Virus record (IMG/VR): IMGVR_UViG_3300042564_006100
Span: 1-64,000 of that record
DNA length: 64,000 nucleotides
Direction: 5' to 3' (one strand)
From: a virus
Shown here: positions 27,832 through 36,235 of the stretch, piece after piece
Numbering within the stretch: position 1 is the first letter of the stretch
Layout: every line of letters starts with the position of its first letter
Program-made: the position numbers and the translations under genes
Notes under the pieces: generated by a model
Database searches by the model: none
What the model was told of the DNA's origin: nothing
What the model saw: the letters and a program-made list of their open reading frames with translations, nothing else

Positions 27832-28062
27832 TCAATGGTTGGGGTTGATGACGTTGCCGTCGGTGTCGATCCGGACGCTGAACACCAGCAGTCCGAATTT
27901 GGTTGGCTTGGCGAAGTCGGCGCGGAACTCGCGGGCATGAATGCCGGCCATCAGATCGACCGGCAGGATGCGCCGGACGGTGAAGCCGTTGTGTTCAAGA
28001 CTGCGGATGCTTTGCTGCATCGCCTTGGTGGGGTATCTGTTGGTGATGGATGCTGTTGTCAT
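27832..28062 (-). CDS. Hypothetical protein
   Basis: Follows promoter motif 28073-28101. Confidence 0.5.
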   Translation of the reverse strand: MTTASITNRYPTKAMQQSIRSLEHNGFTVRRILPVDLMAGIHAREFRADFAKPTKFGLLVFSVRIDTDGNVINPNH

Positions 28063-28072
28063 AGCATCCCTC

Positions 28073-28101
28073 ATCTGCCCGTCCGATCGGGTGCGTCCAT
28101 G
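28073..28101 (-). promoter_or_regulatory. CATGGAC-N15-GGCAGAT promoter-like motif
   Basis: Three copies with identical spacing. Confidence 0.6.
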
Positions 28102-28130
28102 TCTAATTGCGTCTTTCTGTTGGAGAACTT

Positions 28131-28832
28131 TCATGACGGAAGTGGGCGGTTGATTTGGATGGTGCGGCCTTTGGTTTCACCTGCGGTGTAACTGCCCGAA
28201 TGCAGGCGGCGCGACCGGGTGTTGCGGTTGCGGAGCTTGCCGTAGTTCTCCTCGACGTAGCGGGTGATCACCGCCTGCTGGTCCACGACGACCAGTCCGT
28301 AGGTTTGCCGCTGTTCGGTGGCGTAGGATTCCTCGGCCCGTTGCTTGGCTGCTTTCAATTCAGCATTGAGCCCGTCACGCAGGCCCCGGTAGTAGGATGC
28401 CTTGTCGGGATTGGCGTGGGTCTTCTTGAACTCGTTCCAACAGCGGAAGAAGGTTTGCCGCAGGTAGTTGAAGGCGAAGATGGCGAAGTCGATATCGGCG
28501 GCGGCACCGATGATGTCCACCGGCGTTCCATTGCCGCTCGGCATCAGGATCGTCTTCACGTTGAAGTGCGACTGGAGCAGCGACAGAATCATGATGTCCG
28601 CCGGGTTAAGCGTCTTCGGCAGATCGACCTTGCCCTTGTTGACGGTGAAGCCGGTGCCGCCCGACTCGCCGCGTTCCATGCGGAGCAGTGCCGAGTCGAT
28701 GTTATGGCGGGTCATCAATTCCTGCGCCTTGGCCAGCGCCACTTTCGCTTCGTTCTCGGTGGAACCACGGGAGCGGTCAGCCAGGCGCAGGAGCTTGCGG
28801 ATTTTTTCGAGGATTTCGGATTCGGATTTCAT
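28131..28832 (-). CDS. DUF2786 domain protein
   Basis: ILEKIRKLLRLA...EAKVALAKAQELMTRH. Confidence 0.8.
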   Translation of the reverse strand: MKSESEILEKIRKLLRLADRSRGSTENEAKVALAKAQELMTRHNIDSALLRMERGESGGTGFTVNKGKVDLPKTLNPADIMILSLLQSHFNVKTILMPSGNGTPVDIIGAAADIDFAIFAFNYLRQTFFRCWNEFKKTHANPDKASYYRGLRDGLNAELKAAKQRAEESYATEQRQTYGLVVVDQQAVITRYVEENYGKLRNRNTRSRRLHSGSYTAGETKGRTIQINRPLPS

Positions 28833-28851
28833 GGGATCTCAGGGGTTGGGG

Positions 28852-29142
28852 TTAGATGTCCTCGTCGGGCAGGCCTGCGGTGATGACATCCACCGGGATG
28901 TGGGTGGAGCCGTGTGTATCGCAGAGATCGGCGTAGCGGATCTTCGCGGCCTTGAGTTCGGCGCGGGCGGTGTCGAGGTCGTCCCAGCTTTCGAGGAAAA
29001 CGCGGCGCGGGCGACCGACGAGAACCGAGCTGCGTCCGTAGGTCGAGTGACCGTAGAGCGTCGGGTTGTTTGTGCGGTAGGTTTCGCCGCGTCCGAATTC
29101 GAGAGTCAGGCGGCGGTGCTGTTTGATGTATTCGATGTCCAT
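28852..29142 (-). CDS. Hypothetical protein
   Basis: Follows promoter motif 29170-29198. Confidence 0.55.
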   Translation of the reverse strand: MDIEYIKQHRRLTLEFGRGETYRTNNPTLYGHSTYGRSSVLVGRPRRVFLESWDDLDTARAELKAAKIRYADLCDTHGSTHIPVDVITAGLPDEDI

Positions 29143-29169
29143 GGTGGTGTGTTTCTTCCAACGTCCCTC

Positions 29170-29369
29170 ATCTGCCAGTCTGACAACTTGAGTCCATGTC
29201 ATTTTTCGTCTTTCTGTCGGACCTAACGCCGGAACGAAAGACCCTCGATTGGCATATCTCTTGACCCCCACGATGCGTGCCAATTCCAAGGCATTCGGAG
29301 CGATTCAACTTCTGTCTTTTTTCCTCTAACTCCACTTAGCCATGGACGTGAGGTGGCACTCTGGCAGAT
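29170..29369. promoter_or_regulatory. Divergent promoter pair (29170-29198 minus, 29341-29369 plus)
   Basis: CATGGAC-N15-GGCAGAT on each strand at the strand switch. Confidence 0.6.
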
Positions 29370-29376
29370 ATTAACC

Positions 29377-30183
29377 ATGACAACGCCAACCATGTCCCGC
29401 CGCTTCGGAGTTGAGATTGAATTCCTCTCCACCATCACACGAGAACAGGCCGTGATGAGTCTGAGAGCCGCAGGCATCCGGGTTGAATCTTCCTACTACA
29501 CCCACGACACCACTCCCTATTGGAAGATCGTCGTGGATGGCTCCTGCGGTTATGAACTGGTCAGCCCAGTCCTCGAAGGCGAGGCCGGACTTGAGGAAGT
29601 TAGAATCGCCGCCGCCGCACTGGAAGCCGCCGGAGCCACGGTCGACAAGCGGTGCGGACTCCACGTCCACTATGATGCCAGCACGATGAACCTTCGCTCC
29701 GTCAAGAACCTCCTCAAGATATGGACCAAGTTCGAGGACGTGCTCGATACGTTTCAACCGCAGTCACGCCGGGGCAATGCCAACAGCCTGCTGGCGTCCA
29801 ATCTCTCAGCATCCTTCCATAACGCTGAAAACCACCACGAGGCCTGCCGATCCATCTTCCAGAAAATCGACGGCTGCCGGACGATGGAGCAAATCAAGGA
29901 TCTCTACATTTCCCGCTACCGCAAGCTCAACGTCCATTCCTACTTCCGCCATCAAACGCTCGAAGTCCGCCACCACTCTGGAACCACCGATCCAGAGAAA
30001 ATCACCAACTGGATTCGTCTGATGGCCCGCATGTTCGACGCCGCCGAAGCCGCCACCACCGTCCGCAACCGGCCAGTGGATACCGGCCTCGGAATGAGCC
30101 GCACGAAGTGGTTCTTCCAAACCATCGAGGCCAAGGGACTCACGAAATTCTACACCGCCCGCGCCAAGAAACTGGCCGCCTGA
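29377..30183 (+). CDS. Putative amidoligase family protein
   Basis: FGVEIE, DGS, ELVSP, CGLHVH, RYRKLN, TLEVR. Confidence 0.88.
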   Translation: MTTPTMSRRFGVEIEFLSTITREQAVMSLRAAGIRVESSYYTHDTTPYWKIVVDGSCGYELVSPVLEGEAGLEEVRIAAAALEAAGATVDKRCGLHVHYDASTMNLRSVKNLLKIWTKFEDVLDTFQPQSRRGNANSLLASNLSASFHNAENHHEACRSIFQKIDGCRTMEQIKDLYISRYRKLNVHSYFRHQTLEVRHHSGTTDPEKITNWIRLMARMFDAAEAATTVRNRPVDTGLGMSRTKWFFQTIEAKGLTKFYTARAKKLAA

Positions 30184-30192
30184 TTTCCACCA

Positions 30193-30471
30193 ATGACAAT
30201 GACCACCATGAACACCGAATACCACACCATCGACGGCGCGACGTTCTCCGCCGCCGATTCGACCGACCTGATGACCCAGCTTCGCCGGGACAGCTTCAAC
30301 CCGGCGGACGATCTGCCGTCCTACTGCCGCGCCACCGCCAGAGCGTCCAAGATGCAGACTGGAAAACCTCACCGCCCGTGGCCTCCCAAGGCACTGGTCG
30401 AAGACATGCTCGCCTCCGGCCTAGTCGCCACCGGTGAGCGGCATCCGCAATGGGGAAACTCCAACGACTGA
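30193..30471 (+). CDS. Hypothetical protein
   Basis: Co-oriented after amidoligase. Confidence 0.55.
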   Translation: MTMTTMNTEYHTIDGATFSAADSTDLMTQLRRDSFNPADDLPSYCRATARASKMQTGKPHRPWPPKALVEDMLASGLVATGERHPQWGNSND

Positions 30472-30478
30472 AACGGCC

Positions 30479-30757
30479 ATGGCATACAGAATCATGCAAC
30501 CACGCTTCCCGCTGGGAAGGACCGTCGCCACGCCCGGTGCCATCGAGCTCGGGATCGAACTGGCGTCCTACATGCACCGCCACCACTGCGGTGACTGGGG
30601 GGACCTGTGCGACGAGGACAAGCAATCGAACGAGGATGCGCTCGAAGATGGGTTCCGCATCCTGAGCTGCTACCAGGTCGGCGGCGGGAATCGGATCTAC
30701 ATTATCACGGAGGCGGATCGCAGTTCGACCTGCATCCTGCTCCCGGAGGAGTATTGA
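30479..30757 (+). CDS. Conserved mobile-element hypothetical protein
   Basis: FPLGRTVATPGA, RHHCGDWG, IYIITEADRSSTCILLPEEY. Confidence 0.75.
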   Translation: MAYRIMQPRFPLGRTVATPGAIELGIELASYMHRHHCGDWGDLCDEDKQSNEDALEDGFRILSCYQVGGGNRIYIITEADRSSTCILLPEEY

Positions 30758-31067
30758 TCCACGCGACAATCCGCTCGATGAAATCCACTTCGAGCTGGTG
30801 AGCCGTCAGCCGAATGACTGTCCAGCCTGCGAGCACGGCTTCGAGATACTTCTCGGCGTCCTTCGCGTATCCGCCGCCCCGGTTGTGCCGGCCACCGCCG
30901 GGGATGAAGATTCCGCCTTCGATTTCGATGAGCGTTCGGCTTCCCATGTGTGCGAAGTCGGCGCGCCACCGACGGGAAGTATGGAACCTCACTTCCCGCT
31001 CCAGAGGCGGACCTTGCGCCACCCTCCAGAGCAGCAGAAACCTTGATTCCAAGCGGGATGCAGCCAT
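30705..31067 (-). CDS. Vsr/DUF559-like PD-(D/E)XK endonuclease
   Basis: EVRFH...WRADF, IEIEGG, GRH, D.EKY..A...GW. Confidence 0.75.
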   Translation of the reverse strand: MAASRLESRFLLLWRVAQGPPLEREVRFHTSRRWRADFAHMGSRTLIEIEGGIFIPGGGRHNRGGGYAKDAEKYLEAVLAGWTVIRLTAHQLEVDFIERIVAWINTPPGAGCRSNCDPPP

Positions 31068-31166
31068 TTCCCTAGCACCCGGAGTCAACGTCCCGAGCGT
31101 CCGTTATGTGGGAAACGCAAAAATAAAATATCACGTAAATTGGACGAGGGTCGCAACATCCCCGCC

Positions 31167-31346
31167 TTAGTCGTTGATCATCAATAGATTCCTTGATTCC
31201 TCGGGGGTATTTGAACCCGTTTGAACCTCCGCCAGTGCGGCGGTGACGTCCGGTGTGACGTCGATGATGATGTTCCCTGGGAGATAAGCGACGAAGCGGG
31301 CCTCTTCATCGAGCAGCCGCGAGATTCGTTGGACTGGAGTGGTCAT
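31167..31346 (-). CDS. Hypothetical protein
   Basis: Short ORF after tRNA-like element. Confidence 0.35.
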   Translation of the reverse strand: MTTPVQRISRLLDEEARFVAYLPGNIIIDVTPDVTAALAEVQTGSNTPEESRNLLMIND

Positions 31347-31357
31347 GATCGAGTGAG

Positions 31358-31430
31358 TGGTTGCAGGGGCGGGAATTGAACCCGCAGAGGGCAAGGGTAT
31401 GAGGCTCGCCTGGGACCGTCCCTCCCTGCG
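31358..31430 (-). tRNA. Atypical tRNA-Met(CAU)-like gene, possibly pseudo
   Basis: Acceptor GCAGGG/CCCTGC with C1:A72 mismatch and ACCA end; T arm GCGGG-TTCAATT-CCCGC; CTCATAC loop; short D arm. Confidence 0.6.
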
Positions 31431-31436
31431 ATTGAT

Positions 31437-31628
31437 TCAGGCGTCCTTCTTCAGCTTCAGGTGGAACTCGATGTCGCCTAGCCTGCGGACCAGTTCACGG
31501 TGGCGTTCATCGCGCTCCCGCTTTGCCTTGTCGGAGCGATCCATCGCCCAGAATATGGCGGCAACGGTGCCGAAGATGGTGGCGCAGAAGCCGATGACGA
31601 AGAAGGCGTATGAGAAGAAGTCTGACAT
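31437..31628 (-). CDS. Small membrane protein
   Basis: One N-terminal TM segment, charged tail. Confidence 0.5.
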   Translation of the reverse strand: MSDFFSYAFFVIGFCATIFGTVAAIFWAMDRSDKAKRERDERHRELVRRLGDIEFHLKLKKDA

Positions 31629-31660
31629 GATCTTGTGTGGTTGGTTGTTGCGGTTCGGGT

Positions 31661-32266
31661 TCAGAGCGCCTCGTAGATGTCGAGGATCAGCTTGAAATCT
31701 TTCTTGAGTCCCTCGCGGCGGTCATCGTCCCAGTCCTCGACGGGTGCCTTGCCGGTCTCACGCGACCACCAACGACGCAGGCGGTTGAGCAGCGCGAGGT
31801 AGGTGACGTGGCCGCGGTCGGCGGGATCACCCTGGACTTCCTCCTCAGTGGCCAGGCGGCCGAAGTTGATCGACTTGCGAAGACGACGAACGCTCAGGCT
31901 GTGTTTCTCAGCCATGTCCAACCAGTGCTGTTTCTCTTCGGACGTCTTGAGTTTCGCCACTGTGGCATGCTGATACCAGTCGAGGTTTTCCTTACGTAAG
32001 GAAAACTCCACCTTGCGGGCGACATACGAATAGTTCGCCAGCGTTTGATAGGCAATGCCGGTGGTCGCCAGCGCCTCCTTGTATTTCTCGGTGTATTTGA
32101 CCTCACCGTAGTTGATCCAGTCGCCGATGATGAAACCGATAGACTTGCCGATGGGGGCGAGCTTTTGGCCTAGGTCGTCCCACTCTGCAAAGCTGAGATC
32201 TTGGTGGAACTGGATGCCGGTCGGAGTGATGGCGAATTTCGGGTCGGTGATGGCGAGGGTGGTCAT
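31661..32266 (-). CDS. LmbU-like DNA-binding protein
   Basis: IGDWINYGE...Y, TLANYSYVAR, H..VA, WLD.A. Confidence 0.6.
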   Translation of the reverse strand: MTTLAITDPKFAITPTGIQFHQDLSFAEWDDLGQKLAPIGKSIGFIIGDWINYGEVKYTEKYKEALATTGIAYQTLANYSYVARKVEFSLRKENLDWYQHATVAKLKTSEEKQHWLDMAEKHSLSVRRLRKSINFGRLATEEEVQGDPADRGHVTYLALLNRLRRWWSRETGKAPVEDWDDDRREGLKKDFKLILDIYEAL

Positions 32267-32808
32267 GGTAAGGAGTGGCGGTTTCGTTTGAGTTGGGCCT
32301 TCTGGTATATCCTGCGTGCTCGGGTGCTCCGCATGGCCCTTGAAGGTGGAAGATTCAGCCTTTCCGTGATGTCAACGCATCGCTTCGAGACGGCGGCTCG
32401 GGTGATGCCGTGACGTTGGGCAATCTCAGTCATCGTCTCGCCGTCATAGGCGCTGAGTCCGAGAGCGATGGCCAGGCACTCGATGGTGAGGCGCGTGTTA
32501 CCTTCGGACAGCAGATCGGCAACGAAGTGGCGCAGGACGTCAGTGACGTTGCGCGTGCCCGTCGCTTCGTGGACTTCCTGATCGTGATCAACCAAGGCCG
32601 CGATGTCCGGCGTGTGGCTGGCTCGCGATGATTCGGCCATGTCGTGATCAGGCGCACCGTTGCCGTGGCGTTGAATCCATGGTTTCAGCAAGCCAAGCTT
32701 TTCAGCTTCCCGGCGCTCAGCGAGGGACATCGAATCGACCCACGCCTGATAGTCCCGCTCGTATTGGGCGTCCTTGGCGGATTGCCGCTTGGAGTAGTCG
32801 TCCTTCAT
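32263..32808 (-). CDS. HTH DNA-binding protein
   Basis: TMTEIAQRHGITRAAVSKR. Confidence 0.65.
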   Translation of the reverse strand: MKDDYSKRQSAKDAQYERDYQAWVDSMSLAERREAEKLGLLKPWIQRHGNGAPDHDMAESSRASHTPDIAALVDHDQEVHEATGTRNVTDVLRHFVADLLSEGNTRLTIECLAIALGLSAYDGETMTEIAQRHGITRAAVSKRCVDITERLNLPPSRAMRSTRARRIYQKAQLKRNRHSLP

Positions 32809-32824
32809 CGGGATTCCTCCTTTC

Positions 32825-33104
32825 GGACACGTCCGGACACTTGGCCCTTAGTGTCCGCAACGTGTCCGAAGCTGGAGCCCTTATAAAATAAGGGTTTCGG
32901 ACACATGGACACTTTGGACACTAAGTATATATATGTATATGTGTCCGCACACACACGCATGCGCACACACGCGCTACGTGTAATGGTTTTTCGTCCCACA
33001 ACGCGTCCATGTGTCCGACGAATCGACATGCCGTTTGATATTAACGACTTGTGACTCGGACACGTTGTGTGGACACTAGCGAAATTGGCCACGTTAGCGT
33101 GTCC
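32825..33104. repeat. Putative replication origin: 12 GGACAC/GTGTCC repeats around AT-rich core
   Basis: Directly downstream of primase-helicase; TA-rich tract 32922-32940. Confidence 0.6.
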
Positions 33105-33114
33105 GAATGGGAGC

Positions 33115-35295
33115 TCAGAAAGGTTCTTGATCATTTTCATTGGGGATTTCCTGGTTGCGGTCGCGGAGGATCGTCCACGACCGGGTGCGCTGGCGGGCGG
33201 TATCGCGCCCGTAGTTGATTGGGTAGCCTTGGCCCTTGAGTTGCCCGAGGCGGCGTCCGATCTGGTCGGGCGTGTATTTGGCAGCGACGTGCTTGGTGGA
33301 CTCGTCAGCCATCATCTCAGCGAGCAGGTCGGTTGCCGTGCCCGTCCATTCGCTGAGGCCCGGGTTGGAGAACCACGAGCGCAGGAACCGCTCCAGCAGC
33401 TCGATGAAGCCCGCCGTGTTGCCCGACTGGCGTGCGGTCTCGATGAGTGCCGCGTGGTGGTAGCAACGCACTCCAAAGCGCACGTCGCCTTGGCAGTGGA
33501 ACGGAGGGTCGTAATCGCGCAGCCAGCGGGCGAAGGCAGGCAGTTCGGCGCGGATGTGATCCGCTGCATCAGTGAAGTTGCGTTCCGCCGTGCGGATGCG
33601 GAACAAACAAATTTTGTCGAGGATGCTCATCTCGACGTCCGGCAGGATGCGGATCGATTCGGGGTCCGCATTGCAGGTGATCACCACCCGACCGGCCCAC
33701 GGCAGCATGATCTGGTCGCGGAATTTCGGATGGTATTGGAACGCGTAGTTCGCCGGGATCTTCTTGAGCATCGCAGAGTAGAGCTGCTGCTTCTTTGGGT
33801 CCGACGACGGCACCGTGTCGTCCACCGACCAGACGCCCACCTCGAAGAGTTCCTTGTTGAACCGTGATTCACCCAGCAGGTAATCGGAGGCATCCATGTG
33901 GCCGCCGAACAGGCCGCCGATGAGGACGTTGGAAACCAGCGTCTTCCCCTGGTTCACGTCACCGGCGAGGAAGATCGCCTGGCCGTTCTTCGGCTTGCCA
34001 GCAAGCGCGTGGCGGTAGGCGTAGGCCATCCACGACAGGAAGAAGTCGAGTTGCTCGTCCGGGTCGAACAATCCCGCGAGGAAGTCAGCAATCCACGGGA
34101 AACCGTCGCCCCACTCACCAACGCCGGCCACCGGCTCGATGATGCGAGATCGGCTGATGTTGAGATACCGCTTTCCACCGAAATGGATGAGGTGGTCGCG
34201 GCGGAACACGAAGGGCGCGGCCCCGTCGAGACATCGGTTCTGGTGGATTTGTTCAAGCGCGATGTCGAGTGGGGATGCCGTCGCGCCGCCCGGTCGTTCG
34301 TCGGAGATCGTGTGTGCGACCCGCAGGTGGAGCGAGATGTCTGCCTTCTTGAAAAGACGCCAGACACCACCAATCTGGAGCCAGTAATCGCGGCCGTCGA
34401 ACCACGTGCCATTGATCGCGGCACCGATGGTGGATGCCCGAAATTCGTCGGTGAATTTCCTGCCAAAGATTTCGCCCCAGCTGACGAATGGCTTCGGGCC
34501 GGTGAAACATTGCATCCCGCTCGGCCTGACAATCGCGGCACCCGGGCTGTCGGCGCTTTCGTCCCAGAAACGAGGCCCGCGGGCACCGTCTTCGAATGGC
34601 CCAGGCCAGCGGCCGGGGAATCGACGCTCCAGTTCGTCCGCCACACGCTCAAGCGGGACTGTCTCGCCGAGGGCACCCCAGTCGGCATTCTTCGATGCTT
34701 GGATCGCCCACGATTGCAGCAGGTCCACCGAAAAGAGCGTAGAGTGGAGAACCTTCCATCCGTCGCCGCAGTGGTAGTATTGGACCGGGCGTTCGAGCGC
34801 TTCCTCGTCAAGCCCGGGCAGCAGTTTCTTGAGCTTCAGTTCCTTTTTGAACCTAGACACCATTGCCTTCTGTGCCTTCCGATCGAACACCGGCAGCGGA
34901 GCCTCGAACAACCAGAGGGCGCGGGCGTTCCCCGAGAAGGTCGAGCTCACCATGTTCGGCGGATACTCAGGCGACGCCCGCTTAAGGAACGCATCCATCT
35001 CCCCCGGAGCCACCTTGGCGTCGTAGTCGGCGACCAGAGCGTGCATGAACTGCGGTGGATTCTGCTCACTCACGCGCAACGCCACATTCGCACCCTCGTA
35101 GCCGGAGAAGAACAGGCTGTGGGTCGATGGATCGGAGCACCACTTCCGGTATCCCTCCTTGTCGAGGCCGGGAGGAACGGTGCGGGCACCATTGAGCAGC
35201 GGCGACCAGGGTTCGCCAGTGGTGATCCGGTGACTCGATAGATTTTCGAGACAGAATACTTGCGGGAAATTTTGGGTGGGTGGAAGGGAGTTCAT
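33115..35295 (-). CDS. Primase-helicase (N-terminal primase-like, C-terminal P-loop DUF5906/VirE-like)
   Basis: ADYD, TFSGNAR; GDVNQGKT, VDD, ITCN. Confidence 0.8.
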   Translation of the reverse strand: MNSLPPTQNFPQVFCLENLSSHRITTGEPWSPLLNGARTVPPGLDKEGYRKWCSDPSTHSLFFSGYEGANVALRVSEQNPPQFMHALVADYDAKVAPGEMDAFLKRASPEYPPNMVSSTFSGNARALWLFEAPLPVFDRKAQKAMVSRFKKELKLKKLLPGLDEEALERPVQYYHCGDGWKVLHSTLFSVDLLQSWAIQASKNADWGALGETVPLERVADELERRFPGRWPGPFEDGARGPRFWDESADSPGAAIVRPSGMQCFTGPKPFVSWGEIFGRKFTDEFRASTIGAAINGTWFDGRDYWLQIGGVWRLFKKADISLHLRVAHTISDERPGGATASPLDIALEQIHQNRCLDGAAPFVFRRDHLIHFGGKRYLNISRSRIIEPVAGVGEWGDGFPWIADFLAGLFDPDEQLDFFLSWMAYAYRHALAGKPKNGQAIFLAGDVNQGKTLVSNVLIGGLFGGHMDASDYLLGESRFNKELFEVGVWSVDDTVPSSDPKKQQLYSAMLKKIPANYAFQYHPKFRDQIMLPWAGRVVITCNADPESIRILPDVEMSILDKICLFRIRTAERNFTDAADHIRAELPAFARWLRDYDPPFHCQGDVRFGVRCYHHAALIETARQSGNTAGFIELLERFLRSWFSNPGLSEWTGTATDLLAEMMADESTKHVAAKYTPDQIGRRLGQLKGQGYPINYGRDTARQRTRSWTILRDRNQEIPNENDQEPF

Positions 35296-35600
35296 TTGCA
35301 GTAGCGGTTGGTGACAATGGCTTCGGCGGCGAGCGGGCAGCCGGTGAGCCAGTCGGGGGTGATAGACATGATTCGCTCGATCTCACGTGGATCGGTGCCG
35401 GGCGTGACCTCGCACACTGCCTCGTCGTGGACGTGGAAGACGACCTCGACTCCCACCCTGTGCAGCCGCAACAGGGATTCACCGAAGACATCGCGGGCCA
35501 CCGCCTGGACGCAATTAGAGACGATAAAGGGTTTTCCATCGCCGCCGCGAACGGTGAAGCGGCGGCGGGGACCGGCATTGAGAATATCGTAAACTTTCAT
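35292..35600 (-). CDS. Split-intein C-half (29 aa) fused to family A DNA polymerase C-terminus
   Basis: MKVYDI...FIVSN then CVQAVARD...HVHDE (PolA motif C). Confidence 0.88.
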   Translation of the reverse strand: MKVYDILNAGPRRRFTVRGGDGKPFIVSNCVQAVARDVFGESLLRLHRVGVEVVFHVHDEAVCEVTPGTDPREIERIMSITPDWLTGCPLAAEAIVTNRYCK

Positions 35601-36235
35601 GGTTGGATTCGGTTGGTGTAGTTGGGTTCGATCAACAGCTTGTCGGCGGGCCAGCCGCTCTTGATTCGATAGAGAATGGTCGTGACCCCGACGCCGAACC
35701 GCTCAGACGCTTCCGCCACAGTCATTCGCCCAACCGGTGTGGCGATTGCCACGTTGTTCCGCTTGTTCCGGCACTGCGTCTTGCGTGACGCCCAGCGGCA
35801 GTTCTCCTTTGAATAGCCGCCGTCGTTGTTGATTCGGTCGAGACTGAGGCCAGGCGCATAGCTGCCGCCCATGTCGCCCCAGAAGGGCTCGAAGTTCAGC
35901 CACTCAGGACAAACACAAACGCCCCTGCCGCCATAGTTCTTAAATGCCCGGTGTCGTGAGTTACGGCACCTTGCCAGCATTGAACTCCAGACGGCAAACG
36001 CCGGGTGCCGGGACATCGAATGGGTGGACCGTTTTTCGCTTATGGCGGAGGCAAAGAGCGGGCAGCGGTGTGAGCAGAAGCGGGCATTCCGTAGTTCCGT
36101 GCCGACCTTGACGGTCGCACTGCCGCAGACGCAGCGAACCTCCCAAAGCGAGTGGTGACCATCGGTGCCGCATGCAGCAAGCACCGTGAGATGACCGAAC
36201 GTTTGGCCGACGAGTGACAGTCTAGGCTTCGGCAT
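35597..36235 (-). CDS. Free-standing HNH-type homing endonuclease
   Basis: GQTFGHLTV, WSSMLARC, YGGRG, LDRINNDGGYSKENCRWA. Confidence 0.88.
   Translation of the reverse strand: MPKPRLSLVGQTFGHLTVLAACGTDGHHSLWEVRCVCGSATVKVGTELRNARFCSHRCPLFASAISEKRSTHSMSRHPAFAVWSSMLARCRNSRHRAFKNYGGRGVCVCPEWLNFEPFWGDMGGSYAPGLSLDRINNDGGYSKENCRWASRKTQCRNKRNNVAIATPVGRMTVAEASERFGVGVTTILYRIKSGWPADKLLIEPNYTNRIQP

Noticed and set aside
32805-33140. 111-aa ORF
   Set aside because: Lies over the hexamer repeat region; low-complexity translation
33898-35241. Long plus-strand ORFs (also 24424-25596, 60102-61262)
   Set aside because: Antisense shadows of well-supported genes in high-GC DNA
35601-36221. Group I intron explaining the polymerase interruption
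   Set aside because: The gap is fully occupied by the HNH ORF, leaving no room for a ribozyme core, and intein motifs flank it
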